Positions 49,377 to 62,464 of a DNA stretch of 64,000 bases are shown here, in pieces. The stretch covers positions 17,484,001 through 17,548,000 of the forward strand of contig CM074522.1 in assembly GCA_037379345.1 (NCBI GenBank), in the 5' to 3' direction. Below the pieces are notes generated by a model. The model did not search any database. It saw only the letters and a list, made by a program, of their open reading frames with translations, and was not told the origin of the DNA. The stretch's first letter is position 1. Every line of letters starts with the position of its first letter. Source of the stretch: Perna viridis (Eukaryota). The translations under genes were made by a program, and so were the position numbers.

Positions 49377-50134
49377 GGATGAAGGTGCATAAGGCTCGTT
49401 CTGTAGCGCCTACTAGAAGAAATGAAATTATCTACCTTTAGTAAACTCAATTTTGTTCATTTTTTAAAATTGAAAACATTTTGTTTTATCTTCTTTTTCA
49501 ACAAAATAATTTGAAAAAATATTTTCGGTTACAATTGAAATAAAGAAAGCTATATGCGTATTCTATCAGTATATGCTGAGTTAAGTAAAAAAAAAACAAT
49601 TGTACCTTGGTGTTTTATTTGACACTATTTGTTTGCGTTATATAGTAACCATTTTTAGGAGATTAGAGGGTAAACCTTAGTTAACGACATTTTAGTTTGT
49701 GTTTAATGTAGATTTGTTGAGTTTTTTTGTTTTGTTTTTTTTTTAATTTGATATCAAAGTTGTCTTCAGTGCCGGACGTAAATGTGAGAAAATAATGTTG
49801 GGTATTCGCTATTTGGTACAGTCACATATTTATCCCTGTAAAGAATCATTACTTCAATCTACACATTAAAAAGCTATAAGCAACCAATAATTTCTGTCTC
49901 CCGTTCCATAAAGTAGTGTTTTTCAACAAGTATTGACATATATGTAAAGACGTTTATATAAAATTCGTTGATCACCGAGAGTGTTCCACTGAAATCGGAA
50001 TCAACAGAGAAGAGACAAAAATTCAAATATTGTGTTACCAATTGCCTCCTCAACTACATGGTAGCACTGCATCAGCGACTTTATCCTCAATATAAACAGT
50101 TAAAAGTCATTTATGTTCATTGTGCTTAACTACA

Positions 50135-50145
50135 GAGAGACAGAC

Positions 50146-50177
<32 letters not shown>
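50135..50177. repeat. (GACA)/(GATA)n microsatellite
   Basis: Directly visible. Confidence 0.9.
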
Positions 50178-51859
50178 CTCTGCTGTGCCATGTTTAATAT
50201 TTTCTTAATCATTACAATAGGTAAACACAATAAGCAAGTATATGAATAATTCATTGTTGGTAAACTTATCATTACTTTTAGCAAAAACTAATGCATATAA
50301 AATTTACGAAGTTTTAAGAAATATAAATGAGAAAAATAACAAATGACACTTTTTCAATTGAAACTTATGATTGCGAATTGTACTAATTTGATATAGGAAA
50401 GCTTGAAATAAATGCATCTCTATATAGGTGATAACTGTTCCGTCATCAGGTGGAGACTTTCGGTATTTCATCATACATTCCGTATTCTCCTACTGTCTTG
50501 TCTGTCCGGGATTTCGGTATTCAGCGGTCACAATGATGGGGAGAAAAAGGGAAGTCATGAAACTCAGACATAACACACTTCAATTTTGAATCAAAATTAC
50601 AGTTTTTATTTCTAAATACAAATTTAGTTTTGTATTGTTTGAAATTAACCTATCACAAATTCTTGCGTAGTTCTTATCAACAAAATGTGTCGTAAATTTG
50701 ATGCTACGTCAAATCTCCCTGTTTTCGAAAATTTTAAGGGAAAGGTCTACTTCTATCGATTTTTCGAACATTAACGTCTATGAAAATGGCATTTCCGCTC
50801 AAATGCCAAAAAACCTTGTCATATCTTAAAATCATGTTCAAAAACCTTTTTCGTTTAAATGTCACTTGGACATTCTTACAACAAAACCCAAAATGGTTCG
50901 CGGCCAGGCCACGCTTATATAACCTAACAATCTACAATGTCGAGCCTCTCCAAGTTTGATATTAGAACACAGGCCCTTGGGACCAGGATTTTTTTTTATC
51001 ACAAAAATATTATTAAATCATTTTGTTTCCATTTTGAGTTATTGTATTTGTTCTCAGGCATGACCGCTTGCTATTTAATGCTTTTTACATCAAGCTGAGT
51101 TAGAGAAGGAGATTGACGACAAACAAGGGCCTGTGCCTTAGAACAGTGTTTAACCTGATCATATTAGAGAATGGCACCGTGGGAATGGACTGCTTTGCTA
51201 CATACAAACAAAATCATCTTTAGAGAGTGTGCCACTGGTTTCTATACACAAATACTTATACATGTACCAGCTTAGTAAAAGCCTCTCCGTCAACGCTTAA
51301 GTAAGTTATTATGTAGAACACTGAGAGTTTTAAACGGAGAGGAGACTAAAACAAACAAGTATTGAAAACAAACAGTGTAATTAGGTTACACGAATGACCA
51401 GGTGTTTAATCATGTGACAGTTAGCTAGGTCACATGATCCATATACAGGTAAATTTGGACTTCGTCATTTTTGAAGCGATTTTTAGAGTGAATTTCAAAG
51501 TTTTATAATAAATGAACATAGAGATCCAGCATTAACCAAAAAATCCTAATCTGATAAAAATAATGTATCAATGCACACTTTCATGTTCAATCTTTTTTTT
51601 TTTTGGTTCACGCGTACGCTGGATCTCACTATGAAATAAATTGTTTACGAGTGAAAGATGCTACTTTATTTATTGAATAGCCTTTAAGACGGGTTTTTGT
51701 GCAATCGTTTCTCAATCGATACTTTTTAAATTTCAAACTTAATCCTTAAAATTGAAAATTTACAATATAAATTATATGATTATTAGTTTCTTCCTATATT
51801 TTTACAATTTTTTTACCAATTATTTCAGGAGACAGAATAAGGCCTTATGGGCCCTTATC

Positions 51860-52258
51860 CTTTGCTTCGCGAATATAACAGTTCTTACATTTGGAATTTC
51901 TCAGTCCCTGTTATACTTACGCAATCTTCCCTGTATCAATTTGATCCGATGGAGCAGTGTAATGAATAGAGTCGTCACATTCTGAGACGTATGTATAATA
52001 TTGATTTGTTGTGACATGTATCGTTCATTTGATCCTATATCATACATAACTACACCTAGATGAGCTGTCCTGCATTTCCACACATCGTGTACTAAGTTAC
52101 AACCATAAATTAATGCTAGCTGGTCCAGTGGTCTATTGCGCTAGACTTTGTGCAGGCAGAGTTACCAAAGATGTCACATCGGTACGAGTTCGATCAAAAA
52201 TTTGCTTCGCAAATTTGACAGTTCTAACATCGCTTAGAATTTTTCAGATCATTCTATA
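51860..52258 (+). mobile_element. Two SINE family S fragments (3' half 51860-51997; 5' half 52115-52258)
   Basis: Clear matches to the other family S copies. Confidence 0.7.
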
Positions 52259-55200
52259 TATTCTATTATGTATTGTTATGTATTTACTTTCATATCTGCC
52301 AGTCAATATAATGCTATATGGATTGCGAGAACATCACATGGCCCGCCTAAGTTTTTCAAATTAAAACACTTTGGGTACTGATCTAAAAGAGTCTCCAGAG
52401 AGTTTCTATATTTTTTTATACATATAATATTCCAGAGGAAACTAAACTGCACTGAAAAGTATGATATAACAAATAGTTTATGAAACGCAGGATCAAATTG
52501 TAATATACGGACAGATTGATTCCTCAATAAAAACTTAATGGACCTCAGTTCACCTAAGTTAACAACTCGCTATATTAATAGACGAATAAAAACATAGTGC
52601 AACGCATAAATATTATGATTGTCGTTTAGCATGATTTAAATTGTAGTTAAGTCAATACTATACGATAACACCTGAATGGTAATGAAAAAACAAGGTAGGT
52701 GATAAATAAGATTTTAATTATTGATTTGGTTTTAACATTCAAAAGGATTCTTTGTTTTTATAAGGATTTGTTCAGGTCCGATGATAATGTTGAGAATGCG
52801 ATGATCAATAAGACTTTCGTATTATTCGAAATTTCTTTTGATGTCTCTCTCTCTTAATATAGAGACTTTTTGTATTCAATACTACGAAATACATGTTGAA
52901 ATATTAATTCACTCCATGTACTGCAAAACATAGATGTATATGGTCGAACCCTGAACAATCAACATATCTGTCCAAACCAGACATTTTATAAAGCCTATGA
53001 TATCAGTTTAAATGCTGAACAGTGGTGAACGGAAACAATTTCAATGCCCTTAACGGTTTCGGTTTACACAGGTTTCACTGTATTTTTACGTCATCAGTTG
53101 AGTGAATTTGAAATCATTAAGAATTGGCTTTTGACGTTACTTTAATTATGATATTTCCTTATGCTTATTTGATAGGAATACTGTTCATTCCATTTATATT
53201 TATATTCTTTAAGCACATATAACGGTCATAATATTTTCCTAACTCATACCTTAATCGGCTGTTTTTTATTCGATCGTAATTTATATTTATCTCATACTTT
53301 TTGAACAGTTCTTTATTTTAAGCTATACACGATAAAGACGTAGGTACACCGGTCCTTGTAAGATAGAGGTTCAAATATACGGAAGGTTTGCAAACATGAA
53401 ATGATTAGAAATCGACAAATTCATTTTACTTGCTTTATAGGGCTCTGAAAACTCATGCATGAGTAAAGCGGGGATTTACACTACATGCTGATCTTTAACA
53501 ATGTGTTAATTACTGAGTTTAATTAAAAGTAAACACGTTTATAAATGTCACTATTATTAACACAATTAAGATCATTTACAGCGTCTTTGTCGAACGTTTT
53601 CAATTATGTGTGTTACATTTAATTATAGTATAAGAGATAATTAGTGAAAAAGTGAACATCTGATGTGAATTTGGCCAGGTTTAAAACCCAATGATGATGG
53701 ATAAAATAACTCATTCAAAGCAGATCTCGGGAAACTCGTGATTTTGTTGTTGCAATTTTTTAAACTATGATACTTATTATTATTACTAATTTTTGGGAGT
53801 ACCTAATGCTCTCTTTTCTCAAATTATTTATAGGAATTTGCATTTGCACGAAGTACAAAACCCGGATGCTTTCTTCCTTATATAATACGTGGTAGAACTT
53901 CCTAATTCTTGAATCATCTTCCGAATATGAAAGTTTAGGACTTGTGAACTAATAGAATAAGATGTTTCTTTATCTCAATTTGTTAAGTACATAGTACGCC
54001 AAACCTTAGATAATATAACGTATTCAATGAACAAAAGTTACGAACTCAATATGATATCACGAAAGTTTTACTGTCTTTTTATAATGAGCTTAAATTTTGA
54101 CTCTGTGATTTTTAAAAGACGTTAGCATTTGATCAACCTTCATATTTCTGAATAGAATTTCATGGTAGATATTTAGTTTCTGCTTCATATTAATCCACAA
54201 TAAAAAAATATCTAGAATCCGGTTTATTCAGGCCCGTCATCCACTTTTTCAAAAAAGAGATTACAACTTTCCACAACATTTCGTTTTTTAGGTACTTAAA
54301 CGATTTAGCATTCTTTAATGGTCGAGTTTACGCCTTGAAATCAATTATCCAAAGTATATCCTTTAGATTATAAAAAGAAACGATTGGGTACTACATTATT
54401 TTGTACATAACGACACAACGACACATGTGACTATTAGGACAAAGCTGATCTGGGCAATTTTTATACAACAAAAATATGTCGTGATAATTTTCTGGAGCAT
54501 CTAATGCTTTGCTGTCTCAATTTACCAAAATGTGCAGGTGTACACAGTTTAAAACACTGAAGCTTTTTGTTGTTGTTGTTGTTATATTATATGATACATA
54601 ATACGCCTCAGAAAACTTACTCAACGAGACGAACTCAAAATAATATCACGAAACTCTTAGGTTTAAATTTTAGACGTTCTTAAAACAGTTGTTTTCTAAT
54701 ACTTCATACTCGATTTAATTCCCAGGAAAATATCTTGGGGGGTGGCGGTTGAGAAAAGGCAGGTTGCATATAAAATAAACTGAAAACCACAAAACATTGT
54801 ATATTTTTTACATAGATCTAGAATTTTGAAACAATGTTACCTGAAACAAAAATATATATTATTTCAGCCTTTCCAGTATTTTTCCTTGGAAGCAACATTT
54901 TATAGGATGGTCCACCTTAAATACTGATCATGATCTTTAAGAAGAGAAGAATAGATCTCTGATTACATAGTCAATATTTTACTAAACTAATCATACAATC
55001 TGTGGTTTGGGCAAACTATTGAAAATTGATGGCATATGTGAAGCATGAAAGTGACTCCGTAAATTAACAATTATCATATTTTAAAAGATATGAGGTACAA
55101 TTTCATAAGACATCACAGCACTTCTTTATAATAAAAGTTATTGAAAATTAAGAATACTTCATATCTAAGAGGTGTCCATGCGTCAAGTTTTGATTGCAAT

Positions 55201-56174
55201 TAATTCATAATTTAAGATTTTAAAGGCAAACATTTGCGATATCACTGTGAAAATATGATATGAAAATAAAGTATTATATAACTATAGTATATCAGCTTAT
55301 ATTACAATTAATGCACACAAGTTGATTTCCTTAAATACCCGAATTCTTTAACGGATATATGCATGAATATATCTAGAGCAATCACATGTCAAGGGTGTGC
55401 CTCTTCGTATGTGTAATGATCAGCCAGCAACATATATCAAATATTATATATATCCATTTTTTTGGGGGGGAGGGGGGTGTATTTGGTATACACATGCAAG
55501 TATTGTTTACGTGTAATTAATGTGAATCCAGCCTATGTTATTAGCATGAACGTTGCCTGAAATACGTATGAATTTCAGATGAAAATCATGAGAAATAATT
55601 TTGTTTGTGTATTGTAGTATCTTGACGCTGTTCTTGCGAATTTAAATGGTTTGTGGCGAGCAATTCTGCAAGTTTAAATTGGTCTGTGATCAGAGCCTTT
55701 GACAAATAGCGCTTTAAGTTGAATATTTAAAAAGACTATTAGCACTTGACAAGAATAAAATAATCAAAGTTTAGATTATTTCCTTTTTAAAAGAAGTTTC
55801 GGATATATTTAGTTTTGTGTTAAAAAATGTACTAAAGTACCCAATACGCACATCTCATAAAATTGATAAATACGGAACTGTCGATGGACTAATTGGGTGT
55901 GTCTGATTTCCCTGCCTTTTCTTTATCCTTAAACTATATTCTTTTGAATTCTGCTCGAATTTTTTTACCCTAATCCAACGGGCTAGTTTACTAATTAAAA
56001 TTATAAAGAGATTTCTAAAGGTTTTTGATCGCTAACTAACGACTTAGGATGCAATTTTACAAGATTGATAACTTTACAGACTCTATCTTTCATGCACTTT
56101 TGTCAAAGCTTATGCAATTTGGGGCGACCGTTTTACTTTACAGCTGCAATACTTTTTAATAATATAGTACTATG

Positions 56175-56301
56175 TTGCGTAAGCTTTTCAATATTGGCTT
56201 ATTTATTGGTCCCCGAGACTAGCCATATTGGACTGAGGTGTATCCGAAGTCAAATATGACTAGCCGAGGACCAATTAGCCAATATGGAAAACCTTACGCA
56301 A
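56175..56301. repeat. Long imperfect inverted repeat, possibly a non-autonomous Crypton-like element
   Basis: ttgcgtaagcttttcaatattggct..ttggtcc..ctag.catatt pairs with aatatg.ctag..ggaccaa..agccaatatggaaaaccttacgcaa. The family assignment is only a resemblance. Confidence 0.55.
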
Positions 56302-57374
56302 TTATACATTTATTGACGAACTAGTCCAATACGTCATTTTGGCCTAGACAAATATTGATCTTAACCGATTCAATATGACGTATTGGACAGCTAAATCACA
56401 TATTGACGCACTTTTGTATTCTGTATTGTATTGGCAGTTTTGATCATACATAGGCTAATATTATAACGTTAGTCTAATACTATATGTTACTACTAGCAGT
56501 ACACAGTTGAATTAAAACCAAGCAAATAGTCTGTTTTGTTTTCTTTAAAAACATGCTTTTCTACAAAAACATGTTGAGCCTTATGGATTTTACCCTCTCA
56601 GCACAATCAATCCACATTGCTAAATTATTCACATGATGAGCTTAGATGAAATGCTGATGCAGGATAGTTGGTTGTTTATGAATATTTTGAAAGAACTTTC
56701 ATTTAATGTTTTGCTATTTTCAATCTTGACCTAAAAAGTGTCAAATTTGTCTTCTACATACGACCTGGACTCTTTTGTAGTTAATTGAAAGTGTATTTGG
56801 CACATATCCATCTTCTGATGAAGACAGGGGTCTATTTTTATAATGTTTTAGTTATGTCATTATGAATAAAAAGGGAAAGTCCCTAAACATTTTGTCGTGC
56901 GAATGACGAAAGCAAACGGTAAAATATGTATGTAATATAAAAAAGCAAAACAAAAACAAAACAAAACAAACAAAAACACAAAAAAAACGGCTTGACCACC
57001 AATAAAACGTATGTCATCAAATCATTCACAATAGACGTCTATTGTAGACATGGGCCTAAAAGCATTCTAATGTTTCATGTACTTATTTATATGTTCAAGT
57101 ATCTTAATTTTGAAAATATTTTGACACCTGTGGCTTTGTTTTAGGACAAAAGTTAAGCAAATTTACATTTCAGATATAAAGTATTCGTATCCAACGTTAT
57201 TGATAATGTTTATTATCTTTTTGCAACTCATTGCAATTTGCTTACTCTGTTATGACTAAGCGAAAGAGTCAATATCTAGAATTTCCCTTTAAATATGTAG
57301 TTGAACTATTTATTACGTCACGTATGGTATAGACTTTTATGAAAGACATGGATAGGTATTGTCGAGATTTAAGT

Positions 57375-58346
57375 CGGTAAATAGCAAAGAAAAAGGTCGC
57401 TATTTATAGAACATGGATTTAAAAGTTTTTATGAATGAAGTATTTTGTCTTTAAGTTGGTCAGCAATCTAATAAATACAACTTATGATAATATATTATCT
57501 TGACTGGATGACAATCCTTCACAATCAACTTACGAATACTTTCGGCATACATTCAATAATTTACAAATTTCTTAGTGTCACCTGATTTTAAATGATTTCT
57601 TTTTTTGCACATCGTTTGTATTATTGTTATCATGGAAATGACTCCATATTCTATACAAGCCTTTACAATTAACTTACAAAAGCTTTCGACACACATACAA
57701 AAAGTTACAAATTATTTAGTGTCACCTGACTTTAAATGATTAGTTTAATTTAATTTTCATGAATATGGCTCCCTATTCCATACAATTTCATTACAATTTC
57801 TTCAGAACTGCTAATAACGATGTTAATCATGGTCGTTCTCCCAACCAGTGTTTAATGTTTATTGAAAAAAAAAAAATGCAATTAAAGTGCAATAAGTATT
57901 CATGTAGAACATTGTCGTTAACTTTTAACATTTCCGTAATATAGGTACAGAGGTAAAAACTACTTATAAGGGAATATTTCATTAAAATGTTCATAAAATG
58001 TTCACATCAAATTTTCCTTGCATGGCTTTCACGTGGAATAGTTATTTGAAATTCTTGTAAAAGGTTTGCATATGAAATTTTACTAACTCTGTCGAAGTTG
58101 TCACTTCGGTTTAGGTTACAAATGAGCTATACATATAAAAATTATATGAAATTCATGTAAAAATAATGTTTGGTCTTCGAAAGGATATACAATTCATTAC
58201 AAAATCATGTGCAAATATATTTCATGTGTAGATGGTTACTTAACATTACACTAATTACATATTTGGAATTTTAACCATTAATATATAGGTTCAACGTTAC
58301 AATAAGTTCAAGTCTTTTTCAGTCTTTTCATTATTTATAGTTCATC
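57375..58346 (+). repeat. Segmental duplication, copy 1 (paralog at ~62465-63777)
   Basis: Colinear similarity from taaatagcaaa..gtcgctatttataga to cagtcttttcattatttatagttcatc, with indels. Confidence 0.8.
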
Positions 58347-58348
58347 TT

Positions 58349-58464
58349 GCGTCAATTTCACAAAAAGTCATAAGTTGATCATAAATAATGACGTCAGAGA
58401 GTAGCATTGTAACGTCATAACTTACGATCAATTTTACACTTACGACTTTTTGTGAAACTGACGC
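58349..58464. mobile_element. Related palindromic MITE
   Basis: GCGTCAATTTCACAAAAAGTC...GACTTTTTGTGAAACTGACGC; the interior is similar to 35934-36062. Confidence 0.7.
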
Positions 58465-59384
58465 CTGTTTCTGTTCCGAATTGTACTTCATAGTGCCGGT
58501 ACAAATTAACATAAATGAATTGGAAAAGATAAAGAGAGTGTTCTACATAATTTTTGGACACGCGTATACAATGTATTGTTAGACTAAAATTATAGGTTAA
58601 AGTTGAATATACATATATAAATATATTTTTGTAACAGTAGTTATCCATGATATTATTTCGTCTGTCATATATTTTTACCGTGATTTTGTTTCTATACGCC
58701 CGATATTTCAAAATTTAAATGTGGAGAATACTACCAAGAAAATATTTTAAAATTTGACTACGTTATGTGAGTAAAATACCTATTCATGAAAATATGCAAT
58801 AGCATGTTATGGTACATTTAATATCCGTAATGGCAATAAAATATCAGTCACGCTATTTGCAGAAAGTGCATATTTTCATCAGAACAAGGCGTATCTCCTG
58901 ATCTTGACAGTTCTATAAGTAATATCGAAACCTTATCATATATGGTAAGCATGATTACATTGAAGTTTCAGTCTTTATAAAAATCAAACAGAGGGTGATT
59001 CGTGCTTGTCAAAAACCCACAGAATTTAGTTTTATTTTCTGTTCAGAAACCGTTAAATACCATATAATCAGTCTTATTATTTTCATTTGGGGTTTGCGCT
59101 TTTGAGATAAAATTTATATAGATTCTACATAAAACAGTTTGCAAGAGTTATCGTTCTTGATATGGATTGATTTGGTTAATTTGGTGGAAGGTTAGAGTGT
59201 AGTATTCTCAAAATCATAGATTCAAATACAGAATGGATTGTTGTCACATAAAAATATAGCATATGTAGACCAGTAAAACATTGTCTGATCCATGGGTTCT
59301 TCTACACCATGACTCACCTGACCACAGGCAGTATCTGAATTTTAAATGGACTGGTACTTAAAAGAAGTAATACGGATGGTGTAT

Positions 59385-59900
59385 GTGGGAATCTTAGGAC
59401 TAGACAACAAGCTAGGAACACTAGAATTATAACACACGAAGAACCAAAGTAAAACACAAAAGAATAAAAAAGTACGCACAAGAAAACGAACAGAGGGGCC
59501 CCAGAATAAATCAGAAGGATGGACCGTAGTGTTTCGGGAGGTTATCTATTACTAACAGTCTCTGTGTCTGTCGCAATTTCTAGTGAATATTGTTAGTGTT
59601 CTGTTTTCAAATGTTCTTAAACTTATCAATTTAAAGTTCAAACATACTTTCAAAGTTTGACCCCTTTGGATCCACCTACATGTAACATACAGCTAACGTG
59701 CAACGACATTTAGTGATTTGCTGATTATATTGGATACGGACACGCCAAATTTGTCAGTCCCGTCATGGTGATGGTTGTAGAATCTATGGGCAACAAACCA
59801 TCGTCCTGGTAGTTTATGTGACAGTGGTGTTCTTTTTAGAAAATTGGCGAAGTTGAAATTTCCAGAAAATGCGCGAGACAAAAACTACGTGGAAATACAA
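59385..59900 (-). mobile_element. PLE family C diverged 3' fragment
   Basis: The minus ORF reads SRAF..FLKR..LSHKL..RFYNHHHDGTDKFGVSVSNIIS, alignable to family A KFYGRYHELVDRYGVSISTM. The downstream segment ~59480-59545 loosely resembles the family A UTR. Confidence 0.55.
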
Positions 59901-61391
59901 TGTATACGTCTGCGTATAATATTCCAACATTTGAAGTAGGTTATTTATCTTCGGCATCTTTCTAGTTGGTTATTCATTTGTTGTATCCGTGTTTACTCTA
60001 TCAATTAATTTTACTTCGTACATGTATGAACCTGCAGCATTTCGCCTTCTTATAGCGCTTTACACAAATAGAGTAAATGGAATTTTTTTACGAAATCGTT
60101 GTCATTAAACACGAGCAAAGAAAAGAATTTGCCATTTTTATTTTTTAAATATCTTACCGAAATATCTTGGTTATGAACAAATTATGGCTGATTAAGGAAT
60201 GACTGTTATATATAAGACCAGATATATTACAGCCATTCCTTATATTTTAATTTTACTGGCAAAATTCATGAAGTAAATCATTTTAAAAAATGATTACGTC
60301 ACAATCATATTACAAGTTTTTGGTCAATTGGGAAAAAAACATTATCCAGTCAAAAAAGCGTGTTTCTTGTGATATTAATTTATACATTGCTTCAGAAAAA
60401 TAGGATAATGCATTCATTATGCAGTTGGTCTTGTTCATGAACCCTTACTTCCCATTTGTATTTCTTTCATAGACAGTGAAATCTTTAAATATATAATTAT
60501 TAAAACAATATCCAAAATGTCCGCTTCATTTACTGGAGTCAGTTTGGAACAAACAAATAAAAAAAACTAGGGACAATGTATATGATTTTGAAAATAATAC
60601 ATTTTCTCGGAAAAGTTTAAGTTATACAAAACAAGAATGTTTCTAGAGTCAGTTTGATAAAAAAAAATACTATTAATAGTTACAGAAGTATGGTGTGGTA
60701 CGTTGTGAATTATCATACATTTGTATGGTGTTGCTTTAACTTGGTGTAATGTTTTGTGTTCAGAATAGGCATTGTTGATATAAAAGGGTTGACTTCAGAA
60801 ACCGTTTAGTTCAAAGCAGCAGTGACATCATACTCAATATTATATTTCGATATCGGAAAAAAAGAAGCAAAATAATGACACAAACTACTTAACTAGTGCA
60901 ATTTACTATGTAACATTTGTAGGTCAATGTTATTAAATACCAGGTTTTATTTAAGTAATCATCTGGTTTGTCTTTATATGAAGTGCAGTCACATGTCTTG
61001 TGTGCGTCTCTTATTATGGTAGTTGTTATTGATATAACCATTCACAACATACATTGTCAATCGGAAGAAGGTCCCCAGGTAGCATTGAAAATCAATATTA
61101 TTTTAAGAATTTATATAAAACCTTAATACTGAGTGTGAAATGGAGATATTATCCTAACATATTCCTCTAAACCTGGTAAATCGCATCGATATTGTTTCTA
61201 AACATTTTATGAATATATTTACATTCAACATTAAAAAAGTGATTTACCTTTTGATGAAATACTATATAATGTCTACTTTTTGTGAACTTATAGTATCTCA
61301 TATCGGAGAATTCAATAATCTATCAAATGTCAGCTTTTTAAAAAAATATTTTCTAATTTGTTACAACGGGTTTAAATTCATATTTAATTTG

Positions 61392-62068
61392 ATACATCGC
61401 ATCTACCCAAAAGAACTTGAGATAAAGGATACTACTGACACTGTGAAGTCAGTCTCAAATCTTGATCTACACTTAGAAATCGATGGTAAAGGAAAACTAT
61501 TGACCAAACTTTACGACAAACGTGATGACTTTTCATTCAGAATTGTCAACTTTCCTTTCATCTGTGGCAACATCCCTTCGGCTCCTGCGTATGGAGTGTT
61601 CATATCACAACTCATACGTTATGCCAGAGCTTTGCCAAAACTACGCAGACTTTTTGTATCGCGCTAGAACTCTAACAAATAGGCTTCTGGAACAAGGTTA
61701 TGTTGCTACAAGATTGAAGTCATCACCACAGAAGTTTTTATGGTCGTTATCATGAACTCGTGGATCGTTATGGTGTATCCATCAGCACCATGAGAACTGA
61801 TTTATTCAACGGGTCATAGTTTTCCTTCCCTCGTTCGTCTATCCCGGACTTGACTTTTTATGAGCAACTCGGCGGGTGTTTCTAGAAAAGCAGAGGACGC
61901 TTACCCTACCGGTGCACCTGGTCCGGGTTGCTCATTTACTTTTGTTACTTTGTATGTATGATTTTAGTTACTTTATGTTCTTTGTTGTGTATGTCTGTTT
62001 TCCATGTCTTGTCTTTGTTCCTGGATTACATTATTTTGATTACCGCTATAACCTTGGTTCCCTTGATT
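61392..62068 (+). mobile_element. Penelope-like retroelement family A, 5'-truncated: RT thumb/C-terminus plus 3' UTR
   Basis: Reads IYPKELEIKDTT...LDLHLEI...KLYDKRDDFSFRIVNFPFICGNIPSAPAYGVFISQLIRYARA(fs)CQNYADFLYRARTLTNRLLEQGY...(fs)YGRYHELVDRYGVSISTMRTDLF, with stop TAG at 61817-61819. This is a PLE-type RT C-terminus, followed by the 3' UTR repeat seen throughout the window. Confidence 0.85.
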
Positions 62069-62464
62069 CTTCTTGCAAATAATCTGACAGCTTTGACTGT
62101 GTTTGTTTCGGAAACACTTAAACAAATTAGCCGATCAATTTACAGGAACGCTTGTCTATCACATAATCCAAAACCGGCTACCCATTTCTGCCGACTAGTA
62201 GTGCCATAAACTGTTGGCCAGTAATTTAACACTGGTAACTTGAATTGCGTTGATTTATTTTGTTTCTGAAATGACATGCAGTTACAGTAGTCTTCTATAT
62301 TCACAAGGACATTAGGTATCGTAAAACTATTACGCTTGGAAAATGTATGCATACTTTGTTGCAATTCCAGTAACCCAAAAATGGTCAGTAGAAATCATAT
62401 TTGCATTCATTGCAAAAAATTGAAATTGTATGAATGGCATAGGGAAAAGTTGTCACGATATTTT

